Of a stretch of DNA of 64,000 nucleotides, positions 28,055 through 38,456 are shown in pieces. Source of the stretch: Clostridia bacterium (GTDB lineage Bacteria; Bacillota; Clostridia; Oscillospirales; Ruminococcaceae); NCBI GenBank assembly GCA_009929695.1, contig RZZW01000011.1, positions 159 through 64,158 of the forward strand, given 5' to 3'. Below the pieces are notes generated by a model, which searched no databases, was not told where the DNA came from, and saw nothing but the letters and a program-made list of their open reading frames with translations. The stretch's first letter is position 1. Every line of letters starts with the position of its first letter. The position numbers and the translations under genes were made by a program.

Positions 28055-28472
28055 TTTTATTCTCCTTAAAAAGCTGTTTATCAATGTCGTCTATTGTTAT
28101 TGACGCAAGCTGCGCTTTACAGCTTGCGTCAAGCGTATTAAAAATTCCGTCCATTACGCCCGCCATGCCGGACGCAACCTCACAGTCCATATCCGTGTCG
28201 CCCGAGCGCCATTTTATCTTCACAACGTCAAGCTCCACCGCGGCTAAAACGTCGCGCAGTGTGACGGCTTTTGGGTCTTTTTCAAAAAAATATCCGCCGT
28301 CTGTGCCGCCCTTTGACGAAATAAGGTCGGCTTTTTTGAGCTTTAAAAGTATTTTGCGCACGCGGGCGGGGTTTGTGCACACGTTTTCCGCAATCATTTC
28401 ACTAGAAAGGCTGCATTTTTTGTGGTTTAAAAACACTAGCGAGTGCACCGCCACAATAAATTCCGCTGTCAA
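28044..28472 (-). CDS. Rrf2-family transcriptional regulator
   Basis: 142 aa with a winged-helix pattern (AVHSLVFLNHKK ... SSEMIAENVCTNPARVRKILLKLKKADLISSKGGTDGGY). TTG start preceded by GGAGGA. Overlaps the downstream oxidoreductase start by 11 nt. Confidence 0.8.
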   Translation of the reverse strand: MTAEFIVAVHSLVFLNHKKCSLSSEMIAENVCTNPARVRKILLKLKKADLISSKGGTDGGYFFEKDPKAVTLRDVLAAVELDVVKIKWRSGDTDMDCEVASGMAGVMDGIFNTLDASCKAQLASITIDDIDKQLFKENKNEL

Positions 28473-28489
28473 ATTTACATTCCTCCTGT

Positions 28490-28894
28490 TTATTTTACAG
28501 TCTCGTACGGCCAGTCGATTATCCCGCCGAAATCGTAGATTTTTGTGTAGCCCATCGCGACAAGCTTGTCTGAAGCCTGCTTGCTGCGCTTGCCTGAACG
28601 GCAGTAGACTAGGATTTCAGCATCTAGGTCAGGCAGCTGTTCGGGCTGTGTTTTGTCGATTGTCTCGTTTGGTATAACGATGGCGTTTGCGATGTGGCCC
28701 TCGTCGTATTCAGCCTGTGTGCGAACGTCGACTATGATTATTTTGTCGCCGCTGTCCATGCGCGCCTTTGCCTCGTCGGGCGTTATTGAGTGGTAAACAG
28801 CGGCGTTTGATGCTGCCGGGCTGCTTTGCGCCTGTGCGCCGCAAGCGGTGAACAAGGTACAGCCAAGCATGGCCATTGCAAGTAATTTTTTCAT
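28490..28894 (-). CDS. Rhodanese-domain lipoprotein
   Basis: MKKLLAMAMLGCTLFTACG signal peptide with lipobox. Rhodanese active-site loop VYCRSGKRS. ATG 28894 is preceded by AAAGGAG, and the ORF opens further upstream at 28972. Confidence 0.8.
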   Translation of the reverse strand: MKKLLAMAMLGCTLFTACGAQAQSSPAASNAAVYHSITPDEAKARMDSGDKIIIVDVRTQAEYDEGHIANAIVIPNETIDKTQPEQLPDLDAEILVYCRSGKRSKQASDKLVAMGYTKIYDFGGIIDWPYETVK

Positions 28895-29025
28895 GTTGAC
28901 TCCTTTTTCCGATAAGTAACCGAGTTGATTACTGTTTAATGTAATTATATCGGTTACAGTTAATTTTGTCAATACATTATATGCAAAAATGTTTTATTTT
29001 GCGCAAATTTGCAGCGTGGCGCATG

Positions 29026-29238
29026 TGTAGGGGGGCGATGCCCACATCGATCCGCAGCCGTGGCAATGCGTAAACCATGCGGGACGTCGAGGACACCGTC
29101 CCCTACATTTGCTGTGAATTTCGGTTGATTGTAGGGAACGCATTGTATGCGTTCCGGTTCGTTTGCCCTCTGCAAAAGCGGACGAGCGCAGCTAGCCCCT
29201 ACCAAGTACACAATGTAGGGGCGAGCTGCGCTCGTCCG
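29026..29238. repeat. Cluster of five GTAGGG-type hairpin units
   Basis: Units at 29026-29054, 29079-29107 and 29130-29156, plus an inward-facing doublet at 29179-29202 / 29214-29238. About 75 nt are homologous to 22229-22305, with changed stem bases. Confidence 0.9.
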
Positions 29239-29259
29239 ATATCGGTTTTATTTATACTA

Positions 29260-30192
29260 TTATTCCGCGAAAAGTGCGGTGGAGAGGTATCTGTCGCCGG
29301 TGTCGGGGAGTAAAACTACTATGTTTTTGCCCTCGTTTTCCTTGCGTTTGGCAAGCTGCCATGCCGCCCACACTGCCGCGCCGGAGGATATGCCGACTAG
29401 TACGCCCTCAGTTTTGCCGATTTCGCGTCCGATTTCAAACGCGGAGTCATTTGGCACGCCGATTACCTCGTCGTAAATTTTTGTGTTGAGCACATCCGGC
29501 ACAAAGCCTGCGCCGATGCCCTGAATTTTATGCGGGCCTGCCACGCCTGTCGCAAGCACTGCCGATGCCTCGGGCTCCACTGCGACGATTTTGACGTTCG
29601 GGTTTTTGCTCTTTAGATATTCGCCAACGCCCGTCACAGTGCCGCCTGTACCAACGCCCGCGACGAAGATATCGACGTTGCCGTCGGTGTCGTCCCATAT
29701 CTCGGGGCCTGTTGTGAGGCGGTGAACCTCGGGGTTTGAGGGGTTGACAAATTGCCCGGGCACGTAGCCGCCCTCAATCTCCTTTGCAAGCTCCTCGGCT
29801 TTCGCGATAGCGCCCTTCATGCCGAGCGCGCCCTCTGTGAGCACAAGCTCTGCGCCGTAGGCCTTCATCAAATTGCGGCGCTCAACGGACATTGTCTCGG
29901 GCATGACGATGATTATGCGGTAGCCGCGTGCGGCGGCGACGGACGCAAGGCCGATGCCTGTGTTGCCCGATGTCGGCTCGATAATTACGGAATCCTTTGT
30001 GATTATGCCCTTTTTCTCCGCGTCGTCGAGCATCGCCTTTGCAATTCTGTCCTTAACGCTGCCTGCGGGGTTGAAATATTCAAGCTTTGCGAGGATTTTT
30101 GCTTTAATGTTGTGCTTTTTTTCAAAATTAGACAGCTCTAAAAGCGGGGTTTTGCCGATGAGCTGGTCTGCTGATGTGTAGATATTTGCCAT
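29260..30192 (-). CDS. cysK: Cysteine synthase A (O-acetylserine sulfhydrylase)
   Basis: 310 aa with PLP-lysine context [19 protein letters not shown] and GTGGT loops. Confidence 0.9.
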   Translation of the reverse strand: MANIYTSADQLIGKTPLLELSNFEKKHNIKAKILAKLEYFNPAGSVKDRIAKAMLDDAEKKGIITKDSVIIEPTSGNTGIGLASVAAARGYRIIIVMPETMSVERRNLMKAYGAELVLTEGALGMKGAIAKAEELAKEIEGGYVPGQFVNPSNPEVHRLTTGPEIWDDTDGNVDIFVAGVGTGGTVTGVGEYLKSKNPNVKIVAVEPEASAVLATGVAGPHKIQGIGAGFVPDVLNTKIYDEVIGVPNDSAFEIGREIGKTEGVLVGISSGAAVWAAWQLAKRKENEGKNIVVLLPDTGDRYLSTALFAE

Positions 30193-30202
30193 AATTTTTC
30201 TC

Positions 30203-31486
30203 CTATTTTATTGCCTCAAAGCCGTGCTTGAGGTCGTTTATGATGTCGTCGATGTGCTCTGTGCCGATTGAAAGGCGCACCGTTGTTGGCGTTATGCCAA
30301 CGTCGGCGAGCTCTTTTTCTGAGAGCTGCGAGTGTGTTGTTGACGCGGGGTGAATTACCAGTGATTTCACGTCCGCGACGTTTGCGAGAAGCGAGAAAAG
30401 CTGCAACGATTCGGTAAATTTTTTCGCCTGTTCCTGCGTGCCTTTGACTTCAAATGTGAAAATTGACGCGCCGCCGTTTGGATAGTATGCGTCATAAAGC
30501 TCTTTTTCACGCCCTGCCTTGAGCGAGGGGTGGTTGACCTTTGCCACCTGCGGGTGGTTTTTCAGAAAATCAACAACCTTTAAGGCGTTTTCAACATGGC
30601 GCTCGACGCGAAGCGAGAGGGTTTCAAGCCCTTGCAGAAGCAAGAATGAATTGAAAGGACTTATCGTTGCGCCGGTGTCGCGCATTAATGTCGTCCGCGC
30701 TTTGATTATGTAGGCTAAATTGCCCGCCGCCTCGGTGAAAACTACGCCGTGGTATGACGGATTTGGCTGTGAAAGACCGGGGAATTTGTCGTTTTGCGCC
30801 CAGTCGAACTTGCCTGAGTCCACTATCACGCCGCCCATCACAGAGCCGTGACCGCCGATAAATTTTGTTGCGGAATGCACTACGATATCCGCTCCGTGCT
30901 CGATGGGACGGAACAGATACGGCGTTGCGAACGTGCTGTCGATGATGACAGGAATGCCGTTTTGGTGGGCGATTTCGGACACCGCATCGAGGTCGATTAT
31001 GTCTGAATTGGGGTTGCCGAGCGCTTCAAGATAGAGCGCCTTTGTGTTTGGCTTTATCGCGTCGGCGAAATTTTGCGGGTTGTGACCGTCGACAAACGTC
31101 ACGTCGATGCCTATTTCTTTAAATGTATTTGCAAAAAGGTTGTAGGTGCCGCCATAGAGCGTTGTTGAGGAGACAATGTGGTCGCCGTTTTTGGCTATAT
31201 TGCGCACGGCGTAGTCTATTGCCGCAGAGCCTGTGGCTGTTGCGAGTGCCGCCGCGCCGCCCTCTAAAGCGGCTATGCGCTTTTCAAAAACGTCGCTTGT
31301 GGGGTTCATGAGGCGTGTGTAAATGTTGCCGCCCTCGGAGAGGCCAAAGCGCCCTGCCGCCTGTGCTGAATCTTTAAAAACATACGAGGTAGTGGCGTAA
31401 ATTGGCACGGCGCGCGCGTCTGTGGCGCTGTCTGCTGTTTCTTGACCGACGTGAAGCTGTAGTGTTTCAAATTTATAGTTAGACAT
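30203..31486 (-). CDS. metY: O-acetylhomoserine sulfhydrylase, paralogue 2
   Basis: [17 protein letters not shown]-terminus, [13 protein letters not shown] site and C-terminal [17 protein letters not shown] 31486 is preceded by GAAAGGAAA, and the ORF opens at 31573. Confidence 0.85.
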   Translation of the reverse strand: MSNYKFETLQLHVGQETADSATDARAVPIYATTSYVFKDSAQAAGRFGLSEGGNIYTRLMNPTSDVFEKRIAALEGGAAALATATGSAAIDYAVRNIAKNGDHIVSSTTLYGGTYNLFANTFKEIGIDVTFVDGHNPQNFADAIKPNTKALYLEALGNPNSDIIDLDAVSEIAHQNGIPVIIDSTFATPYLFRPIEHGADIVVHSATKFIGGHGSVMGGVIVDSGKFDWAQNDKFPGLSQPNPSYHGVVFTEAAGNLAYIIKARTTLMRDTGATISPFNSFLLLQGLETLSLRVERHVENALKVVDFLKNHPQVAKVNHPSLKAGREKELYDAYYPNGGASIFTFEVKGTQEQAKKFTESLQLFSLLANVADVKSLVIHPASTTHSQLSEKELADVGITPTTVRLSIGTEHIDDIINDLKHGFEAIK

Positions 31487-31621
31487 TGTGATTTCCTTTC
31501 GGTAACGCGTTAATGTTCGGTCAACATCGACACATTCGCCCGAAACGGAAATTGCTGCGAAGCAGCGCTTCAAATATATGCTTCATTATACTTTACCTAC
31601 CATTCTTGTGGGTATGTAGGG

Positions 31622-31650
31622 ATTATATCGCGATTAACATATATTGTCAA
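31622..31650 (-). promoter_or_regulatory. Consensus sigma-70 promoter upstream of metY-cysK
   Basis: On the minus strand, TTGACA (31650-31645), a 17-nt spacer, then TATAAT (31627-31622). An inverted repeat acctac...gtaggt lies just downstream. Confidence 0.65.
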
Positions 31651-31661
31651 GCTTTTTTAAT

Positions 31662-31889
31662 AAAAAGTGAAAAATAAAAAATGAAAAATTATTGTGTGAC
31701 GCTAGAGCGTCACATTTTAATGGGTATTGCACCTTGTCATTCTGAGCGAAGCGAAGAATCTTTTACGCGTTATTGTAGGTTTTAAGATTCTTCGCTTCGC
31801 TCAGAATGACAGACAACTGCAAACCACTATAATGTGATGCCCGCAGGCATCACTCCTTAATTTTTCACTTTTCACTCTTCATTTTTCAC
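31662..31889. repeat. Composite nested palindrome with a family A core
   Basis: A-rich arm (31662-31690) and its complement (31859-31889). Hairpins gtgacgctagagcgtcac and gtgatgcccgcaggcatcac. Perfect 25-bp inverted repeat 31736-31760 / 31786-31810. Confidence 0.9.
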
Positions 31890-32327
31890 TTAAATAATAT
31901 AATTGTCCCCCGCTTGCTGCTTTGTCTCCTCCGTAAGCTCAGAAAGGGTTATTCCCTCGAAGAAATTGTCTATAAGCGTGTCTAGCTTTTGCCACATGAG
32001 AAGCGTGCGGCACTCGGCGGCGCGCTGGCATGGGGCGGCGTTTTCTTCAAGACACGCGACGGGTGCAAGCGTGCCCTCTGTGAGCTTTAATATGCTGCCG
32101 ACCGTGTAGCTTTCGGGCTGACGCGTGAGCTTATAGCCGCCGCCTTTGCCGCGCAATCCCCGCACAAAGCCCGCTTTGGCGAGCACAGAGATAATTCTTT
32201 CGAGATATTTTGCGGATATATTTTGACGCTCGGCAATGCCGCCAAGCGGGATATACTCGCCTGTGTTATGCTCGGCAAGGTCAATCATAACGCGCAGGGC
32301 ATACCTGCCTTTTGTGGAAACCATCAT
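31890..32327 (-). CDS. Rrf2-family regulator with three C-terminal Cys (CymR/IscR-like)
   Basis: MVSTKGRYALRVMIDLAEH ... GGIAERQNISAKYLERIISVLAKAGFVRGLRGKGGGYKL, with Cys spacing C(x7)C(x5)C. Upstream of metY-cysK. Confidence 0.8.
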   Translation of the reverse strand: MMVSTKGRYALRVMIDLAEHNTGEYIPLGGIAERQNISAKYLERIISVLAKAGFVRGLRGKGGGYKLTRQPESYTVGSILKLTEGTLAPVACLEENAAPCQRAAECRTLLMWQKLDTLIDNFFEGITLSELTEETKQQAGDNYII

Positions 32328-32432
32328 AGATATGTCACTCCTTTTAACCCAGTATACCATAGGGTTTATAGGTTTACAATATGTATTATTAAGTGCTATA
32401 ATGGGGCAAAAATAAAGATGCGAGGTAACGCC

Positions 32433-33116
32433 ATGCCTTACAAAATACTTATAGCGGAGGACGACGCGGATATTGTGGAGCTTTTGCGGCTGTACCTTGT
32501 CAGCGAGGGCTTTGAGGTGATAAGCGCCGCAAACGGTGATGACGCGCTGTCGCTTATCGAAAAAGAGCAGCCATCGCTTGCGATACTTGACATAATGATG
32601 CCGAAAATGAACGGCTATGAGCTGACCCGCGCCATACGCGAGCGCGGCAGCCTGCCTGTGCTTATTTTGTCGGCAAAAAGCATGGATAACGACAAGATTT
32701 TGGGCCTTAGCCTCGGTGCTGACGATTATCTGACAAAGCCGTTTAACCCGCTTGAGCTTGTTGCGCGTGTGAAATCTGCCTTGCGCCGCGCGTATGAGCT
32801 TGTGCCGACGGCAGGCAGCGACAGCGTGTGCAGCGTCGGAGAAATAAGCATTGAAAAAAATAATTTCACCTGTATAAAGGACGGCGTGCAGATAGCCTTA
32901 ACGCCGATGGAATTTAAGATTTTGGCACAGCTTATGAGCGCGCCAGGGCGCATTTTCACAAAGGTGCAGCTATATGAAGCGATAAACGGAGACTTTTTTG
33001 AGAGCGACGACAACACGATGATGGTGCATATTTCAAAGCTGCGCGACAAAATAGAGGACGACCCCAAAAAGCCGCGCTTTATCAAAACGATAAGGGGGCT
33101 CGGGTATAAAATTTAA
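32433..33116 (+). CDS. OmpR-family response regulator
   Basis: MPYKILIAEDD, LDIMMPKMNG, a winged-helix C-terminus and the ending RGLGYKI. RBS GAGGT lies 6 nt upstream. Confidence 0.9.
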   Translation: MPYKILIAEDDADIVELLRLYLVSEGFEVISAANGDDALSLIEKEQPSLAILDIMMPKMNGYELTRAIRERGSLPVLILSAKSMDNDKILGLSLGADDYLTKPFNPLELVARVKSALRRAYELVPTAGSDSVCSVGEISIEKNNFTCIKDGVQIALTPMEFKILAQLMSAPGRIFTKVQLYEAINGDFFESDDNTMMVHISKLRDKIEDDPKKPRFIKTIRGLGYKI

Positions 33117-33147
33117 AAGGAATAGGGCGGGCGGCAGCCTTTTTTGG

Positions 33148-34680
33148 ATGCTGCTGCGGTATTTTGCGCTGTTTATAGGGCTTTTTATGCTGCTTGGGCT
33201 TGCGGTGTCCGAGATTTCCGACATGATATATTCCTCGGCGCTTGGCATACAAAGCGTTGACATGGCGGATTATCAAAAACAGCTTTATAATGAAAGCTAC
33301 TCTAAAATAGCATTTGAAAAAATTGTCGGCAAGGGCGGCTATGCGGAGGTGCTTGACGAAAGCGGCGCTGTTGTATACTCGACAGGCGTGGCGAAGCTTG
33401 GAGGCTACACGCAAAGAGAGCTTGAGTGCATAAGCGAGTTTTCGGGGTATGCAACCTACGGCGGCGTTGAAGCCGTGAGCCTTAACGAGAGCAACGAGAC
33501 GCTTGTGATTTTTTATTCACGCGCGGGCGACGAAAAAAGCAGGCTTCTTATAGCTGCCGACAAAACGCTTGTTGCGGGCGAGGTTGGCGGGTCGTCTGAC
33601 GCGCTGACGGACACTGAATTTGCGCTTTTGACAGGCGCATATGAGCCTGATTTTGCGCTGACGCAATACAGCTTTGCGACAAAAAGCGGCGTGCGGACGA
33701 TTATTTTTCACGCTCAAATGCCCGACGATAGCATGTATATCGCGGCGTCGAGAATTACCGACATGATAAACATCGGCTACATTATAGTTGGCATTTTGAT
33801 GTTTATGCTGATGGCGTATGTGCTTGCGCGAAAGGTGAAAAAGCCGCTTGCACTTTTGGACGCGGCGATAGAAAACGTGGCGACGGGCAAGGCAGAGCCT
33901 GTGCTTTACAAAGGGCCGTCGGAATTTACGCAGATATGCGACAGTTTTAACGCGATGTCGAAACGGCTTGACGAGAGCGAGGCGCAGCGCCAAGCACTTG
34001 AAGCGGCGCGCCAAAAGCTGCTTGCGGACATATCGCACGACCTCAAAACGCCCGTGACGGTGATACGCGGCTAAGCAAACGCGCTGACGCAGGAGCTTGT
34101 TCCTCCCGAAAAGCAAAAACAGTATTTGACGGCGATAGCGCAGAAATCCGAAAATTTATCGGAGCTTATCGACTCATTTCACGAATTTTCAAAGCTTGAG
34201 CATCCGCAGTTTGTGCTTGATAAAACGCGCACGGAGCTTTGCGAATATCTGCGCGAATATCTTGCGATGAAATACGACGAGATACATCTTGCGGGCCTTG
34301 AGCTTGAGCCGGAAATACCCGACGAGAGGATTTATTGCCAGGTAGACAAGGTGCAGTTTGCGCGGGCGCTTGATAATCTTGTGTCAAATTCTCTGCGGCA
34401 CAGCGGCGCGGGGACGACAATAAAGCTTGTGCTTTATAAGGAAGGCGCGTCTGCGCACATCACCGTGGCGGACAACGGCGCGGGCATTCCGCTTGACGCC
34501 GTGAGCACGATTTTTGAGCCATTTATAAAAGGCGACGACGCCCGCAGCGCCCACGGCAGCGGGCTAGGGCTTGCGATAGCCAAAAAAACAGTAGTGGCAC
34601 ACGGAGGGTTTATACGCCTTATAACACCGCCGCAAAAGGGGTTTAGCACACAGTTTGAGATTGTGCTGCCCACAATATAA
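33148..34680 (+). pseudogene. Membrane sensor histidine kinase (HAMP-HisKA-HATPase) interrupted by an in-frame TAA in the H-box region
   Basis: LLADISHDLKTPVTVIRG-TAA(34072-34074)-ANALTQEL. Kinases of this class normally have Gly-Tyr/Phe at this position. The second half, 34075-34680, is in the same frame and carries the N, G1 and G2 boxes (DNGAGIP, GSGLGLAI). Confidence 0.85.
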
Positions 34681-34721
34681 AAAAGAAGAGAGAAAAAAGA
34701 AGAAAGAAGATAGTTATAACT

Positions 34722-36242
34722 GTGGTGGGTCTGGCGCTTTGTGCGGGGGCTGCCATAGCGGGGTTTTCAGCGCTTAAGTCAAAGCCTGCCGCGACAGACG
34801 AAAAGCTTGACTACGCGCGCACTATGCTGCTTGAAAAGGGCACTCTTAACAACTCCGTCAACGTGAGCGGAACGGTTGAGAGCGCGGAAATTTCGTCCGT
34901 GACGACATCGCTGCCATATAAAGTAACCGCCGTCAACGTGAAGGTTGGCGACGTTGTGAAAAAAGGTGACGTGATTGCAAAGCTTGACAGCACCGACGTT
35001 GAAAAAGAGATAAACGACAAGAAGAAAGACCTTGCGGATTCCGTAAAAACGCTTCAGACAGCCGTTGACGCGGCGCTGAAATCAATTGAGAACGCAAAGG
35101 GCGACAAGACTCGCGAGCAGGCTGTGCAGGACACGATTGTAAACTCCGCAAAGGGCGCGCTTGACGCCGCGAACAACGACTTGAACGCCGTCACGCCCGC
35201 CTACAACACCGCAAAAAGCAATTTTGACGCGATGAACACAGGCATTGCCGCCGCGCAGACCGCCTTCGACGCGGCTGTTGTGGCAAAGGACAACGCCTAC
35301 CGCGTGTGGATTGAAGCCGGCGGCAAAGCGGAGGGCGACCAGTACAACGCCTACACAGCAAGCGAAACAGATTTGACCGCAAAGCAGACAGCGCTCGACG
35401 ACGCAAAAAAGCTTTATGACGCGCCCACCTACACCGCGAGCTACAACGCCGCGGCGGAAATTTACAACCAAAAGCTCGCCGCGCGTCAGGCTGCGCAAAA
35501 TACATATGACACCTCCGTGGCAGAGCGCAATAAAGTATTAAACGGCATAGACGGCACCGTGAGCGCGGCGCTTGAAACATGGAAAACAGCAAATGACGCG
35601 CTTAAAAAAGGCTCGACGAACACTGTTCTTGAGGATCTCAACAAAAAGCTTGAGAGCACGACGCTCAAAGCCGACTCAAACGGCAAGGTTACGGAGCTTA
35701 AGGTTACCGTCGGCCGCATCGTCAAGGACGGGCTTGTGGCGACTATTCAATCTGCCGACAAGCTGATTATTTCCGTCAAAATTCCCGAATACAGCATAGG
35801 CAAGCTGACGACAGGGCTTAAGGCGAACATCACGACAGACGCTTCGACCGCCGTTATACCCGGGACACTGTCGCGCATATCCCCCACCGCGCTAACAGGC
35901 GAGGCTGGCAGCGGATTTGCGGCTGACATCTCCGTAGACGCGCCCGACGGCTTATTTATCGGCACAAAGGCAAAGGCGGAAATCGTCATTTTCTCAAAGG
36001 AAAACGTATATTCTGTGCCGCTTGACGCCATAAAAACAGGCGAGGACGGCAAGAGCTACATTGTTGTAAAGCAGGATGACGGCAAATTTACTGACGTTGA
36101 ATTCACGACAGGCACCGCGAACGAATTTTACACAGAGGTGAGCGGCAAGGACATAAAGGACGGCATGGAGGTGCTTGCAAACGCACAATGGTCAGACCTC
36201 GTCACCGCGCAGTCCGCCGCCGCCAATCAGGAAGGATTTTAA
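34722..36242 (+). CDS. HlyD/MacA-type periplasmic adaptor (membrane fusion protein) with a long coiled coil
   Basis: N-terminal TM segment, an Ala/Lys/Asp-rich coiled-coil middle and a beta-barrel C-terminus. It precedes the MacB-like ATPase and permease. The start is uncertain: GTG 34722 lies directly in the TM segment, and the upstream in-frame extension has no start codon. Confidence 0.7.
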   Translation: MVGLALCAGAAIAGFSALKSKPAATDEKLDYARTMLLEKGTLNNSVNVSGTVESAEISSVTTSLPYKVTAVNVKVGDVVKKGDVIAKLDSTDVEKEINDKKKDLADSVKTLQTAVDAALKSIENAKGDKTREQAVQDTIVNSAKGALDAANNDLNAVTPAYNTAKSNFDAMNTGIAAAQTAFDAAVVAKDNAYRVWIEAGGKAEGDQYNAYTASETDLTAKQTALDDAKKLYDAPTYTASYNAAAEIYNQKLAARQAAQNTYDTSVAERNKVLNGIDGTVSAALETWKTANDALKKGSTNTVLEDLNKKLESTTLKADSNGKVTELKVTVGRIVKDGLVATIQSADKLIISVKIPEYSIGKLTTGLKANITTDASTAVIPGTLSRISPTALTGEAGSGFAADISVDAPDGLFIGTKAKAEIVIFSKENVYSVPLDAIKTGEDGKSYIVVKQDDGKFTDVEFTTGTANEFYTEVSGKDIKDGMEVLANAQWSDLVTAQSAAANQEGF

Positions 36243-36247
36243 GCGCT

Positions 36248-36964
36248 ATGGCACTTATAGAGCTGAATAAAGTTGTTAAAACCTATAACGTGGGCTGTGA
36301 AAACGAGCTTGAAATTTTGCACGGGATAGATTTAAAGATAGATAAGGGCGAATTTGTCGCCATCGTGGGCGAGTCCGGCAGCGGAAAATCGACGCTGATG
36401 AACATTATCGGCGCGCTTGACAAGCCGACTAGCGGAGATTATATTCTCGACGGCATAGCCGTGGCAAAGGCGGAGCGCGACGAGATGAGCGACGTGCGCA
36501 ACAAAAAAATAGGGTTTGTGTTTCAAAACTTTAACCTTATAGGGCGCACTACCGCGCAGAAAAACGTTGAGCTGCCGATGCTGTATGCGGGCGCGGGCAA
36601 AGCGGCGCGTCAAGAGCGAGCCAACGAGCTGCTTTCGCTCGTTGGCATGAGCGACCGCAGCGACCATCAGCCGTCGGAGCTTTCGGGCGGGCAAAAACAG
36701 CGCGTTGCCATTGCGCGAAGCCTTGTGAACAACCCCGCAATAATACTTGCCGACGAGCCGACAGGCGCGCTTGACAGCGCAACGAGCCGCAACGTGATGG
36801 ATATTTTTCACACGCTGCACCGTCAGGGAAAGACTATTATACTTATAACTCACTCTCGCGAGCTTGCGCAGGAATGCCCGCGCATTGTCACCTTGCTCGA
36901 CGGAAACATCGTGCAGGACGACAAAAAAGCGCCGCACGGAAAGGAACAGCATGCAGATATTTGA
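36248..36964 (+). CDS. MacB/LolD-type ABC transporter ATP-binding protein
   Basis: [12 protein letters not shown] Walker [16 protein letters not shown] signature and [11 protein letters not shown] Walker B. Confidence 0.9.
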   Translation: MALIELNKVVKTYNVGCENELEILHGIDLKIDKGEFVAIVGESGSGKSTLMNIIGALDKPTSGDYILDGIAVAKAERDEMSDVRNKKIGFVFQNFNLIGRTTAQKNVELPMLYAGAGKAARQERANELLSLVGMSDRSDHQPSELSGGQKQRVAIARSLVNNPAIILADEPTGALDSATSRNVMDIFHTLHRQGKTIILITHSRELAQECPRIVTLLDGNIVQDDKKAPHGKEQHADI

Positions 36965-38243
36965 AAACATACAGCTTGCGCTGACAAGTCTTGTCGCAAA
37001 CAAAATGCGCTCGATATTGACGATGCTGGGCATCATAATCGGCATAGGGTCTGTGATTGCGATAGTGACTATTGGCGACTCGATGACAGGCGCTATGAAC
37101 GCTGAAATGGCGGGCTTCGGCGCGCGCAACGTGACGATTAACTTTCAGCCAAAGGACAACATGGCGGAAATCACAGACGAGGATGGAAACATCGACTGGG
37201 ACAGATACGAGCAAAAAACAGCGACGAGCGATGATTATTTAACCGACGCGATGCTGAAAGATTACGAGGCGCGGTTTAAGGACGTGCTTGACGTGCTGTC
37301 GATAAACGAGACAGTGGGCAGCGGAAAAGCGACAAACGGACGCCTGCACGCGAGCGTAAACGTGAGCGGGTGCAGCCCTGACCGACAAAAGCTCGACGGA
37401 CTCACAATGCTCGCGGGGCGGTATATAGAAAAGCAGGACGTTGACGCCATACGCTCTGTAGCCGTTGTGAGCAGTGAATTTGTGACGAAATATTTTGGCA
37501 ATAAAACGAAAAACGACGACGTGCTCGGCAAGGCATTCACGGTGCCTGTGAACGGCAAGGACCTGCGTTTTTACATAATCGGCGTTTACAAATATGTGAA
37601 GCCGGACTCGCAGTTTATGATGGGCGGAGACACCGAAACCACGGTGTATGTGCCCTACACCTCGGCAAAAAGACTTATGCAGCTGCCCGCAGGCTACTCT
37701 AACGTGACCGTGCGAAGCAAAAAAGAAGCTGACAGCAGCGAATTTTTGACAAACACCAGCGCGTATTTTGCAAGCTATTATACGCACAACAAAGACTTTA
37801 CCGCCGCCGCAAACAGCATGGAAAACATGATGAAATCCATGAACAAAATGCTCGGCAGCGTAAAGCTCGGAATTAGCGCCGTCGCCGCAATATCGCTTTT
37901 AGTAGGCGGCATCGGCGTTATGAATATAATGATGGTATCAGTTACGGAGCGCACGCGAGAGATAGGCATACGCATGGCGCTTGGGGCTAAATCAAGGGTG
38001 ATTTTGCTTCAGTTCATCGTGGAGGCGATAATCATTTGCCTCATAGGAGGGTTTATAGGTGTGGGCATAGGCGTTGCACTTGGCAGAATTGGTGCACAAA
38101 TGCTGAAATACGCCGCGCGCCCCTCTGTGATAGCCATACTTGTGGCAGTGAGCTTCTCGATGGCAATAGGCGTTTTCTTTGGCTATTACCCCGCAAGCAA
38201 AGCCTCGAAGCTAGACCCCATCGAAGCGCTGAGATACGAATAG
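36951..38243 (+). CDS. FtsX/MacB-type ABC transporter permease
   Basis: [32 protein letters not shown]-terminus, a large periplasmic domain and a C-terminal FtsX-like 3-TM bundle ending PIEALRYE. Confidence 0.9.
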   Translation: MQIFENIQLALTSLVANKMRSILTMLGIIIGIGSVIAIVTIGDSMTGAMNAEMAGFGARNVTINFQPKDNMAEITDEDGNIDWDRYEQKTATSDDYLTDAMLKDYEARFKDVLDVLSINETVGSGKATNGRLHASVNVSGCSPDRQKLDGLTMLAGRYIEKQDVDAIRSVAVVSSEFVTKYFGNKTKNDDVLGKAFTVPVNGKDLRFYIIGVYKYVKPDSQFMMGGDTETTVYVPYTSAKRLMQLPAGYSNVTVRSKKEADSSEFLTNTSAYFASYYTHNKDFTAAANSMENMMKSMNKMLGSVKLGISAVAAISLLVGGIGVMNIMMVSVTERTREIGIRMALGAKSRVILLQFIVEAIIICLIGGFIGVGIGVALGRIGAQMLKYAARPSVIAILVAVSFSMAIGVFFGYYPASKASKLDPIEALRYE

Positions 38244-38306
38244 CGCAACCCCCACCCCACGCTGCGCGATACAGCGTGGGGTGGGGGTGTTTTTGTCATC
38301 AACTAT

Positions 38307-38416
38307 TGTTATTCTGAGCGAAGCGAAGAATGGCAAAACCTCGATTGTAGGGGCGAGCTTTGCTCGTCCGCTTTCAACGCGCATACTTGTTCGGACGAGC
38401 AAAGCTCGCCCCTACA
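38307..38416. repeat. Half family A arm followed by a REPIN-like doublet
   Basis: gttattctgagcgaagcgaagaatg (38307-38333). Then tgtaggggcgagctttgctcgtccg (38346-38370) and its inverted copy (38392-38416). Confidence 0.85.
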
Positions 38417-38456
38417 AATGGAAAAGCTAAAACCGCAAATTTACGCAAACCGTATG

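Noticed and set aside
31487-31621. A SAM-I riboswitch or T-box leader upstream of metY-cysK.
   Set aside because: The 135-nt leader is too short. It lacks the SAM-I core strings and the T-box AGAGA, specifier and T-box sequences. Regulation by the adjacent Rrf2 (CymR-like) protein is more likely.
12799-34074. The four in-frame TAA codons could mean TAA is reassigned to a sense codon (for example Tyr, which fits the kinase at 34072).
   Set aside because: - TAA clearly terminates ordinary genes here, and non-coding repeats or hairpins follow. Examples are potD (8658-8660), the kinase at 26542-26544, prfC (54064-54066), trmB and the SPFH gene.
- The residues expected at the four sites differ from each other: Tyr/Phe at one site, Asp/Glu-like at another, Gln/Lys-like at another.
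34677-34721. The basic extension KKKREKRRKKIVIT could be the true N-terminus of the adaptor, with an ATG-to-ATA start-codon mutation.
   Set aside because: Not accepted as coding. The same AAG/AGA-rich tract type follows the stop codons of several unrelated genes where it is clearly non-coding, so the Lys/Arg run may be a by-product. It is kept only as a hypothesis in the findings.
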